A stretch of 64,000 bases of DNA from Muribaculaceae bacterium (GTDB lineage: Bacteria > Bacteroidota > Bacteroidia > Bacteroidales > Muribaculaceae): positions 1,451-65,450 of the forward strand of contig JAFLTQ010000015.1 in the NCBI GenBank assembly GCA_022510385.1, in the 5' to 3' direction. A program made the translations under genes and the position numbers. The notes under the pieces were generated by a model. That model was not told the origin of the DNA, made no database searches, and worked only from the letters and a program-made list of their open reading frames with translations. Within the stretch, counting starts at the first letter, position 1, and every line of letters starts with the position of its first letter. Of this stretch, positions 18,052 through 26,398 are shown one piece after another.

Positions 18052-20340
18052 TCATTTCTTACGCTTTTTAGAAGAACCTTTCGCTCCTGATCCTTTCCGG
18101 GCCTTCTCCTTCTTGGTTTTCTCTTTTTTGGGTTTGGTCTCTTTTTTTGCCTTAGAGGCAGCTTCTTTCTTTGAAAGAGGAATATTGGGATTCCCTTCAT
18201 CCACCACAAGAGCAAAATCAAGCTGCTTCTTGTCAAGGTCAGCACGAGCCACTTGCACTCTGACGATATCTCCCAAAGTGTAAGTGTTATGATATTTCCT
18301 TCCGGTCAGGCAGAAATTCTTCTCGTCATAATCGTAATAATCGTCAGCAAGGTCTCTTACCGGCACCAGGCCTTCACACTTGTTTTCATCAAGTTCTACA
18401 TAGAAGCCCCATTCGGTCACTCCGGAAATAACTCCTTCATAAATTTCTCCCAATCTGTTTTGCATATATTCCACCTGCTTATAGCGGATAGAAGCCCTTT
18501 CGGCGTTGGCAGCAAGTTGCTCCATATCTGAAGAATGTTTACACTCCTCTTCAAGTCTCACCTTGTCGGCGCTTCGCCCCCCTTCGGCATATTTGCTGAG
18601 GAGACGATGCACCATCATATCCGGATAACGGCGAATTGGGGATGTGAAGTGAGTGTAGTAGGGCACAGCGAGTCCGTAATGGCCAATGTTTTCTGTTGTA
18701 TAGACAGCTTTCGCCATGCTTCGGATTGCAAGAATAGAAAGGAGATTCTCTTCTCCTCTACCTTTTACATCTTTCAACAATCTGTTGATGCCCGAATTGA
18801 TTTCCTTAGGATTCCCGTCAGTCTTTACCCTAAAGCCGAAACGGGCTGCAATCTGTGAAAGATTTGTAATTTTTTCAGGATCCGGGTTATCATGCACCCT
18901 ATAGACAAAATTCTTTGCTTTTTTACCTTTAGGCACTTTGCCAATATGCTCGGCCACAGTGATGTTTGCCAAGAGCATGAATTCTTCAATCAATTTGTTG
19001 GCATCTTTCGATTCTTTGAAAAAGACGCTTATCGGGCGACCCTCTTTGTCTATTTCAAACCTCACTTCAGCCCTGTCAAAATCAAGGGCGCCATTTTCAT
19101 ATCTTCTTTTGCGTAGCTCCTTGGCCAGCTTGTCAAGGGTCAGAATCTCCTCTTTGAAATCACCCTCTCCCGTTTCAATAATCTCCTGGGCCTCTTCATA
19201 AGTGAATCTTCTGTCAGACTTTATGACAGTCTTAACAATCCGGCTCTTGAGAACGTTGGCTTTATCATCCATCTCAAAGATTGTGGAATAAGTAAGTTTC
19301 TCTTCATTGGGACGGAGAGAACAAATGCCATTTGAGAGGTGCTCGGGTAGCATCGGGATTGTACGGTCAACAAGATATACACTTGTGGCTCTTTGCTTGG
19401 CCTCCTTTTCAATTATTGAAGTAGGAGAGACGTAATGAGTGACGTCGGCTATATGCACCCCCACTTCCCAGTGCCCGTTTCTTAATTTACGGATAGAAAG
19501 GGCATCATCAAAATCTTTTGCGTCACGGGGGTCGATAGTAAAGGTTGTGACCCCTCTGAAATCTTCACGTCGAGAAATCTCTTCAGGAGTTATCCCGGCT
19601 CCGATTGCATCGGCCGCCTTTTCTACATTTGCCGGATATTTGTAGGGTAGACCGAATTCGGCTAAAATTGCATGCATTTCAGCATTATTTTCACCTTTTT
19701 GGCCTAATATGTCGACTACCTCCCCTTTGGGATTCATCTCTTCTTCGCGCCATTGGGTGATGCGCACAATTGCCTTATCTCCTGTTTTGCCTCCTTTGAG
19801 TTTAGAGCGTGGTATTATGATATCTGCTGCAAGATATTTGGAATCTGTCACCAAAGATGCGTAATTCTTCTCCACATTCAAAGTGCCGATAAAAACTTGC
19901 TCTTTGGGTTCTACAATTTCTATCACTTTGGCTTCGGGCTCCTGACCGCGACGATGGGCAGATATCTCAACTCTTACCTTATCACCGTTGAGCGCATGGC
20001 GGGAATTCCTTTCTGCCACAAAAATAAGTTCATCATCAATCATCACACCGTTTCGGCCGTTGCTGCGCCTAACAAATTCTCCGACATTGGCAGTGCCTCG
20101 GTTGCTGTTTGCTTTATATTTGCCAAGCCCCACTTCCTGAATAAGGTCGGCTGCTGCCAATGTGTCGAGTATATTGATCACATCCATCCGGTTGGAGGGA
20201 TGGGTGGCATTTATTGCGAAAGCTATTTGTTTATAATTGAATGACTGCTTGTTTTCTCTCTCAAGGAAATTGAGTATTAAATGCTCCAAATCTTGTTTCT
20301 TTATCCTTGGAGCAGTGTCTTTATTCGTTTTTTTTGCCAT
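18052..20340 (-). CDS. rnr: Ribonuclease R
   Basis: TFTIDPRDAKDFDDAL, HIADV, LIEEFMLLAN, YTHFTSPIRRYPD, S1 domain and basic C-terminal tail. Confidence 0.97.
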   Translation of the reverse strand: MAKKTNKDTAPRIKKQDLEHLILNFLERENKQSFNYKQIAFAINATHPSNRMDVINILDTLAAADLIQEVGLGKYKANSNRGTANVGEFVRRSNGRNGVMIDDELIFVAERNSRHALNGDKVRVEISAHRRGQEPEAKVIEIVEPKEQVFIGTLNVEKNYASLVTDSKYLAADIIIPRSKLKGGKTGDKAIVRITQWREEEMNPKGEVVDILGQKGENNAEMHAILAEFGLPYKYPANVEKAADAIGAGITPEEISRREDFRGVTTFTIDPRDAKDFDDALSIRKLRNGHWEVGVHIADVTHYVSPTSIIEKEAKQRATSVYLVDRTIPMLPEHLSNGICSLRPNEEKLTYSTIFEMDDKANVLKSRIVKTVIKSDRRFTYEEAQEIIETGEGDFKEEILTLDKLAKELRKRRYENGALDFDRAEVRFEIDKEGRPISVFFKESKDANKLIEEFMLLANITVAEHIGKVPKGKKAKNFVYRVHDNPDPEKITNLSQIAARFGFRVKTDGNPKEINSGINRLLKDVKGRGEENLLSILAIRSMAKAVYTTENIGHYGLAVPYYTHFTSPIRRYPDMMVHRLLSKYAEGGRSADKVRLEEECKHSSDMEQLAANAERASIRYKQVEYMQNRLGEIYEGVISGVTEWGFYVELDENKCEGLVPVRDLADDYYDYDEKNFCLTGRKYHNTYTLGDIVRVQVARADLDKKQLDFALVVDEGNPNIPLSKKEAASKAKKETKPKKEKTKKEKARKGSGAKGSSKKRKK

Positions 20341-20619
20341 ATAGTCTTTTCTTATCTTTTAATTTATAACATTCTTCTCCTAAATAAAGTTAACAAAAAT
20401 ATTCAAAATGACCTAAACCTGATAAAAAAATACCTCAAGCTATTACAACTATTACAATTGCAATTCCTGCTTTTTTGGAATAATGCTCTTTTAGAATTTT
20501 AATATCCTCAAAAAACCATGTATAAACCTGTAATCTGATGAGCAAAGAGGTTCATAACCTGTATCCCAATCCCGGAGGGGTAGAATTGAGGGTAATTTTA
20601 CGGATATTCATTTTTTTGG

Positions 20620-20627
20620 TATCTTTG
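20620..20627 (+). promoter_or_regulatory. -7 promoter box (TATCTTTG) for the acidic-protein/purC unit
   Basis: TAnnTTTG match 34 nt before the ATG at 20662. Confidence 0.65.
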
Positions 20628-20661
20628 CCATATAATTTGATAGGTTTATCCATTTAAAATT

Positions 20662-20931
20662 ATGAACAGTACTGAATTCCTAAAGAGATTACGCGAAACA
20701 GTCGAAGACTATATTGAAGGGGAGGAGAGCTATAGCGATGATGTTCAACTCGAGATCAACACAACCGACTGGAGTATGGATATTGCCGATCCGGAAAATG
20801 ACCTTCCGAATTGTGACTATTATCCTATCTTGGATCTTGTGAAGATGAGCGTTGAAGAACCCGGTAAATGGGAACCGGATGAAGAGGCTATCGAGAGTAT
20901 CGCAGCAGAATATGTCTTTACCGACGACTAA
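20662..20931 (+). CDS. Small, very acidic hypothetical protein (89 aa)
   Basis: Own promoter box, AT-rich leader and ATG start; 27 D/E versus 5 K/R by manual count. Confidence 0.8.
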   Translation: MNSTEFLKRLRETVEDYIEGEESYSDDVQLEINTTDWSMDIADPENDLPNCDYYPILDLVKMSVEEPGKWEPDEEAIESIAAEYVFTDD

Positions 20932-20944
20932 CCCCTCAACTAAA

Positions 20945-21018
20945 AACTCACAACTCACAACTCACAACTTTTTCTTATAACTTAAAACTTATTACTCATT
21001 ACTCATTACTCATTACTA
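20945..21018 (+). repeat. Heptamer tandem arrays
   Basis: (AACTCAC)x3 at 20945-20965, then ATAACTT AAAACTT (ATTACTC)x3 ATTACTA at 20977-21018. Confidence 0.9.
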
Positions 21019-21030
21019 ACTCAACCCCTC

Positions 21031-21987
21031 ATGGCTACTCTAACAAAAACAGATTTTCATTTCCCCGGTCAAACCGCCGTTTATCACGGGAAAGTGCGTG
21101 ATGTCTATACTATACAGGACGACCTGATGGTTATGGTCGCTACCGACCGCATTTCAGCATTCGATGTCATTTTGCCTGAGGGTATACCATATAAAGGGCA
21201 GGTGCTGAATCAGATAGCAGCCTATTTCCTTGATGCTTCAGCAGATATTGTTCCTAACTGGAAAATGGGTGTTCCCGACCCGATGGCTACAATAGGGCTC
21301 AAAGCTGACGGTGTGCCCGTTGAAATGATTATAAGAGGCTATCTCACCGGAAGTGCATGGAGGGAATACAAAGCCGGCGCTCGAGAAATCTGTGGCGTCA
21401 GGTTGCCCGACGGTATGAGGGAAAATGAGAAATTCCCCGTTCCTATCATCACTCCTACCACCAAAGCTGCAGAGGGTCATGACGAAAACATATCTCGCGA
21501 GGAGATTATACGTCAAGGACTTGTGTCGGAAGATCACTACAGGGTTATGGAAGAGTACACCCGGAAACTCTTTGACCTGGGTACAAAAATGGCCCGGGAA
21601 AAGGGTTTGCTACTCGTAGATACAAAATATGAATTCGGAATCAGAGACGGCAAAGTGATCCTCATCGATGAAATCCACACCCCCGACTCTTCACGTTATT
21701 TCTATGCCGAAGGGTATGAAGAAAAATTTAAAAAAGGGGAACCACAACGTCAACTTAGCAAGGAATTCGTGCGCCAATGGCTTATAGAGAATGGCTTTAT
21801 GGGGAAAGAGGGTCAAAAGGTGCCTTATATGAGTCCTGAGTTTATCAACTCCGTATCGGAAAGATATATAGAGCTTTATGAACACATCACGGGGATGAAA
21901 TTTCATAAGGCTGATGAAACGGATCTCGCCGATCGCATCAAAACGAATGTGGAAGCGGCATTGATATCTCTTAGGAAGGATTTCTAA
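21031..21987 (+). CDS. purC: SAICAR synthetase
   Basis: [51 protein letters not shown] and SKEFVRQW. Confidence 0.97.
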   Translation: MATLTKTDFHFPGQTAVYHGKVRDVYTIQDDLMVMVATDRISAFDVILPEGIPYKGQVLNQIAAYFLDASADIVPNWKMGVPDPMATIGLKADGVPVEMIIRGYLTGSAWREYKAGAREICGVRLPDGMRENEKFPVPIITPTTKAAEGHDENISREEIIRQGLVSEDHYRVMEEYTRKLFDLGTKMAREKGLLLVDTKYEFGIRDGKVILIDEIHTPDSSRYFYAEGYEEKFKKGEPQRQLSKEFVRQWLIENGFMGKEGQKVPYMSPEFINSVSERYIELYEHITGMKFHKADETDLADRIKTNVEAALISLRKDF

Positions 21988-22005
21988 TTTCCTTTACTTT
22001 CCGGG

Positions 22006-22548
22006 ATGGAAGCCTCCTGGCATACTCCTGCAGGTGATCTCACTATAATAGTAAATCGTGGTAGGATTGTCTATTGTAATTGGGATGAAGAGGACTGTAG
22101 GCGCAAATATGTCAAAATATGTAGGGAATGTAATGAAAATTACGACACCGTTTCGGAATCTGATCTGATGTTCAAGACAAATGAAATGGTGATGGAGGCA
22201 GCCAAATCCGGGCTGCAAGAATATTTCGAGGGCAAACGACGTGAGTTTTCTCTGCCACTTGGATTAATAGGCACCTCTTTTCAGATTAAAGTGTGGGAAA
22301 CACTTGCTTCCATAAAATATGGGGAGAAAGTTAGTTATAAAGAAATAGCGGAAAAATGCGGATGTTCGGGAGGAGTGAGAGCCGTAGCCTCCGCGTGCGG
22401 ACAAAATCCGATAGCAATTATGATTCCGTGCCACAGGGTAGTATCCTCTAATGGAAAACTCGGAGGGTATACGGGTGGCGTAGAAAAAAAGGAGTATCTT
22501 TTGGCACTTGAAACTCCCGAGACGACTGAATCAACTCCAAAGACTTGA
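22006..22548 (+). CDS. ogt: Methylated-DNA--protein-cysteine S-methyltransferase
   Basis: GTSFQIKVW, RAVASACGQNP, IPCHRVV, LGGYTGG and K..LLALE. Confidence 0.93.
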   Translation: MEASWHTPAGDLTIIVNRGRIVYCNWDEEDCRRKYVKICRECNENYDTVSESDLMFKTNEMVMEAAKSGLQEYFEGKRREFSLPLGLIGTSFQIKVWETLASIKYGEKVSYKEIAEKCGCSGGVRAVASACGQNPIAIMIPCHRVVSSNGKLGGYTGGVEKKEYLLALETPETTESTPKT

Positions 22549-22668
22549 ACAGAAATAAGACACCTAAAAAAGTATTTTACTCTATAGGAAATAATCGTAA
22601 GCCTGATAAACGTTGAATTTCTATAATGGCAAACCAGGGCATGAAATGCATAACTCAACTTTTTTAAG

Positions 22669-22676
22669 TAATTTTG
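22669..22676 (+). promoter_or_regulatory. -7 promoter box (TAATTTTG) for ychF
   Basis: TAnnTTTG match 15 nt before the ATG at 22692. Confidence 0.55.
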
Positions 22677-22691
22677 AAAAAAATTTATGTC

Positions 22692-23795
22692 ATGTCTTTG
22701 AAATGCGGTATCGTAGGATTGCCAAATGTCGGTAAATCCACTCTCTTTAATTGTCTGAGTAGCGCAAAAGCACAGTCTGCTAATTTTCCTTTCTGCACGA
22801 TTGAACCAAACGTCGGGATGATCACAGTGCCCGATGAAAGGCTCAACAAGCTCGTGGAGATGTGCCAGCCTCGTAGCATTGTACCGGCCACAGTTGAAAT
22901 AGTAGATATTGCCGGCCTCGTAAAGGGGGCTTCGAAAGGAGAAGGGCTCGGCAACAAGTTCCTTGCGAATATCCGCGAGACGGATGCGATTCTGCACGTA
23001 TTGAGATGTTTTGACGATGATAATATCACCCACGTCGACGGCAGTGTAGACCCGGTCAGAGACATGGAGATTATAAATTATGAGCTACAACTCAAAGACC
23101 TTGAGAGCATTGATGCACGGATTGCCAAAACTGAAAAAGCTGCAAAGAGTGGCGGCGATAAACAGGCAAAGATGCAACTCGGAGTTTTGCAGGCATATAA
23201 AGAGGCTTTGGAACAAGGGAAACCGGCAAGATCGGTGGAATTTGAAACTGCCGACGAACAGAAATTCGCAAAAGAACTATTTCTGCTCACTAACAAGCCG
23301 GTGCTTTACGTATGCAACGTAGATGATGCATCTGCGGTTGATGGAAACAATTATGTGGAAGCGGTAAGAAAAGCAATTGAAGGAGAAAATTCTCAGTTGA
23401 TGATTGTGGCCGCCGCCACAGAAAGTGATATAGCCGAATTGGAGACATCAGAAGAGAGAGCAGAATTCCTTGCTGAAATCGGCCTCACTGAAAGCGGCGT
23501 GAGCCGACTGATCAGAGCCGCTTATTCACTTCTTGATCTACAGACATATTTCACAGCCGGGCCCGATGAAGTCAGGGCATGGACTTTCTTAAGAGGCACT
23601 AAAGCACCTCAGGCAGCCGGAATTATTCATTCCGATTTCGAAAAAGGATTCATACGGGCTGAAGTTATCAAATATGAAGACTTCGTTAATCTCGGTTCGG
23701 AAAATGCCGTCAAAGAGGCCGGGAAAATGGGTGTTGAAGGGAAAGAGTATGTGGTTCAAGATGGAGATATTATGCATTTCCGTTTCAACGTTTGA
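22692..23795 (+). CDS. ychF: Redox-regulated ribosome-binding ATPase YchF
   Basis: GIVGLPNVGKSTLFN, NFPFCTIEPN, DIAGLVKGASKGEGLGNKFL and APQAAGIIHSDFEKGFIRAE; start reassigned to ATG 22692. Confidence 0.98.
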   Translation: MSLKCGIVGLPNVGKSTLFNCLSSAKAQSANFPFCTIEPNVGMITVPDERLNKLVEMCQPRSIVPATVEIVDIAGLVKGASKGEGLGNKFLANIRETDAILHVLRCFDDDNITHVDGSVDPVRDMEIINYELQLKDLESIDARIAKTEKAAKSGGDKQAKMQLGVLQAYKEALEQGKPARSVEFETADEQKFAKELFLLTNKPVLYVCNVDDASAVDGNNYVEAVRKAIEGENSQLMIVAAATESDIAELETSEERAEFLAEIGLTESGVSRLIRAAYSLLDLQTYFTAGPDEVRAWTFLRGTKAPQAAGIIHSDFEKGFIRAEVIKYEDFVNLGSENAVKEAGKMGVEGKEYVVQDGDIMHFRFNV

Positions 23796-23839
23796 AAATG
23801 TCGCATCACGGCTTGTCAATGGATGTTGCCGTGTATTAA

Positions 23840-23867
23840 TAATTCCTAATTCCTAATTCTTTATTCA
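23840..23867 (+). repeat. Heptamer tandem array immediately before the SprT-like gene
   Basis: TAATTCC TAATTCC TAATTCT TTATTCA. Confidence 0.8.
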
Positions 23868-23868
23868 T

Positions 23869-24591
23869 TTGAAACTTTCTCTTCCCTATCTCAACGAGCG
23901 TTACAACTATTGGAAACAGCGAATTGCTGAGGCCGGAATCTGGGACGTCGAAAAATTCGGTCCGGTAACGATTGTTATACGGCCAAACTGTAAAAGTTAT
24001 AATGGTCTTTTTATTCGCAGATACTTGACAGTAGATGGTAAAAGACAGCTCGTCGACAGAATTTTTATCTATAACAAGGTTGAAGATTTCGACCCTAAAT
24101 TTCTCGACAGCATCCTCGTTCATGAAATGATTCATCAATATATTTTTCAGAACCGACTTAAAGACAGAGGCCCTCACGGACCCTTATTCAGGGGTTTTAT
24201 GAACCGGATCAATCTCTCTTTCGGGAAGGAGCTGAATATAAAAGTGGCAGACAGAAATCCTGATGCTAAAAGGCCTGAAATGGATGTGGTCAAATTGCAC
24301 ATAATCCATTTGATGCATCTTGAAACCGGTTTTAGCTATTGCAGCGTAATAAATCCCAAGAAAATACGTAATATTGAACAGATAGTAAGGGATAACTCAG
24401 AATATTGGAAAATCAAGGAGCGACACTGGGCTTATTCCTACGATCCAATCTTTAATCGCTACACAAAGTGCACCCGTTCCATTCATGGAATAAGGAAAGC
24501 GAGAGACGAGATGGAAGAATTCTGTCGACAACACAATATAATACTAATAAACAAAGAGAATTCCAATAATTTACAAATTCCAACAACTTAA
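23869..24591 (+). CDS. SprT-like zinc metalloprotease
   Basis: ILVHEMIH (HExxH, aa 85-89) followed by GPHGPLF...MNRIN. Confidence 0.85.
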   Translation: MKLSLPYLNERYNYWKQRIAEAGIWDVEKFGPVTIVIRPNCKSYNGLFIRRYLTVDGKRQLVDRIFIYNKVEDFDPKFLDSILVHEMIHQYIFQNRLKDRGPHGPLFRGFMNRINLSFGKELNIKVADRNPDAKRPEMDVVKLHIIHLMHLETGFSYCSVINPKKIRNIEQIVRDNSEYWKIKERHWAYSYDPIFNRYTKCTRSIHGIRKARDEMEEFCRQHNIILINKENSNNLQIPTT

Positions 24592-24605
24592 CAAGATAAC
24601 TACAT

Positions 24606-26273
24606 ATGTGTGGAATAGTAGCAGTTTTCGATATAAAAAATAACCCGGAAGAGTTAAGGAGCGATGTCTTGAAGATGGCAAAGAAAATACGCCATCGTGG
24701 ACCGGACTGGTCGGGAGTCTACACAGGCGTGCATGCCATCTTAGCTCACGAACGTCTGTCGATAGTCGACCCCGAATCGGGTTCACAACCCCTCAAAACA
24801 TCTGACGGCAAGGTGATTTTAGCTGTCAATGGTGAAATATATAATCATAGGGGGATTCGTGAAAAATATAAGAATAATTATGAATTCCAAACCGGCAGTG
24901 ACTGCGAGGTGATTCTTCCGCTTTATTGCGAAAAAGGCCCGGATTTCCTTGAAGACCTGAACGGGATTTTCGCCTTCGCTCTTTATGACGAGGAGAAAGA
25001 TTATTGGCTTGTGGCTCGCGACCATATAGGCATAATCCCTTTATATACAGGCACCGATAAAGAGGGTAGGAGATATTTTGCGTCAGAACTGAAAGCACTT
25101 GAAGGCACTTGCAGTGTCATCGAGCCTTTCCCACCGGGCCACTACTTTGACAGCAAAGAAAGAAAATTTATCAAATGGTATAACCGGGAATGGTCGGACT
25201 ACGAGAAAGTAAAGGATAATCCGTCAAATGTTGAGGATTTGAGAAAAGGATTAAGCGACGCCGTGAAAAGACAGTTGATGAGCGATGTCCCCTACGGTGT
25301 GCTCCTTTCAGGGGGACTCGATTCCTCCATAATTTCTGCTCTGGCAGCCAAATTTGCTCCCAAACGTATTGAAGATGAAGGAAGAAGCGTAGCTTGGTGG
25401 CCTCGTCTCCATTCATTTGCCGTAGGTCTGAAAGACTCCCCGGATCTCGCGGCATCTCGAAAAGTGGCGGAGCATATAGGTTCAATCCACCATGAAATCA
25501 ATTTCACCATTCAGGAAGGAATCGATGCAATCAGAGATGTTATCTATTACATTGAAACCTATGATGTCACAACAGTCAGAGCCTCAACTCCCATGTATCT
25601 GCTGGCCCGCGTCATTAAGTCGATGGGTATAAAGATGGTTTTGTCGGGAGAAGGAGCCGACGAGTTGTTCGGTGGTTATCTATATTTCCACAAAGCTCCC
25701 AATGCCAAGGAATTCCATGAGGAAACTGTCAGGAAACTCTCAAAGCTTCACCTCTATGATTGCCTTCGCGCCAATAAATCCTTATCAGCCTGGGGTGTAG
25801 AAGGAAGAGTCCCATTCCTTGACAAGGAATTTATTGATATAGCCATGCGTTTTAACCCTGAGGGAAAAATGTCGGGCAAAAACGGTAAAATTGAAAAATG
25901 GGCATTGCGAAAAGCCTTCGAGGATATTCTTCCGGCAGAAGTTGCATGGCGTCAAAAAGAACAATTTTCCGACGGGGTGGGGTATTCATGGATCGATACC
26001 TTACGTGACATAGCGTCAAGTCAGGTCAGCGATGAAGAAATGAAGACGGCTCATTTACGCTTCCCCGTGAATCCTCCGAGGAACAAAGAGGAGTATTTCT
26101 ATAGAAGTGTTTTTGAAGAACATTTCCCTTCAGCCACTGCCGCAGCGTGTGTGCCCTCCGTGCCCTCTGTAGCATGTAGCACCGCTGAGGCTCTCGCATG
26201 GGATGCATCTTTCCAAAACCAAAACGAGCCATCAGGAAGAGCCGTGGCCTCAGTGCATAATGCCGCTTATTGA
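24606..26273 (+). CDS. asnB: Asparagine synthetase B (glutamine-hydrolysing)
   Basis: N-terminal MCGI, RHRGPDWSG, VNGEIYNH, LSGGLDSS and SGEGADELFGGYLYFH. Confidence 0.98.
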   Translation: MCGIVAVFDIKNNPEELRSDVLKMAKKIRHRGPDWSGVYTGVHAILAHERLSIVDPESGSQPLKTSDGKVILAVNGEIYNHRGIREKYKNNYEFQTGSDCEVILPLYCEKGPDFLEDLNGIFAFALYDEEKDYWLVARDHIGIIPLYTGTDKEGRRYFASELKALEGTCSVIEPFPPGHYFDSKERKFIKWYNREWSDYEKVKDNPSNVEDLRKGLSDAVKRQLMSDVPYGVLLSGGLDSSIISALAAKFAPKRIEDEGRSVAWWPRLHSFAVGLKDSPDLAASRKVAEHIGSIHHEINFTIQEGIDAIRDVIYYIETYDVTTVRASTPMYLLARVIKSMGIKMVLSGEGADELFGGYLYFHKAPNAKEFHEETVRKLSKLHLYDCLRANKSLSAWGVEGRVPFLDKEFIDIAMRFNPEGKMSGKNGKIEKWALRKAFEDILPAEVAWRQKEQFSDGVGYSWIDTLRDIASSQVSDEEMKTAHLRFPVNPPRNKEEYFYRSVFEEHFPSATAAACVPSVPSVACSTAEALAWDASFQNQNEPSGRAVASVHNAAY

Positions 26274-26310
26274 TATCATATAATATTTTGAGATCATATA
26301 ACATTCTCGG

Positions 26311-26348
26311 AAACACAACTGCATTATTTAGATGTGGTTGTGTTTTTT
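26311..26348 (+). terminator. Probable intrinsic terminator after asnB
   Basis: AAACACAAC...GTTGTGTTT stem followed by TTT. Confidence 0.55.
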
Positions 26349-26398
26349 CATAATATTCTAATATTTTTTTCGTTATTTTAGTGGATAATTTCACGAAA

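Noticed and set aside
20440-20457. (CTATTACAA)x2 direct repeat upstream of rnr
   Set aside because: Only two copies in AT-rich DNA; expected by chance
22335-23033. 232-aa minus-strand ORF
   Set aside because: Shadow frame antisense to ogt/ychF; no recognisable motifs
26275-26301. ATCATATAA direct repeat (period 18) after asnB
   Set aside because: Short and AT-rich, and upstream of the terminator, so unlikely to be a porU operator
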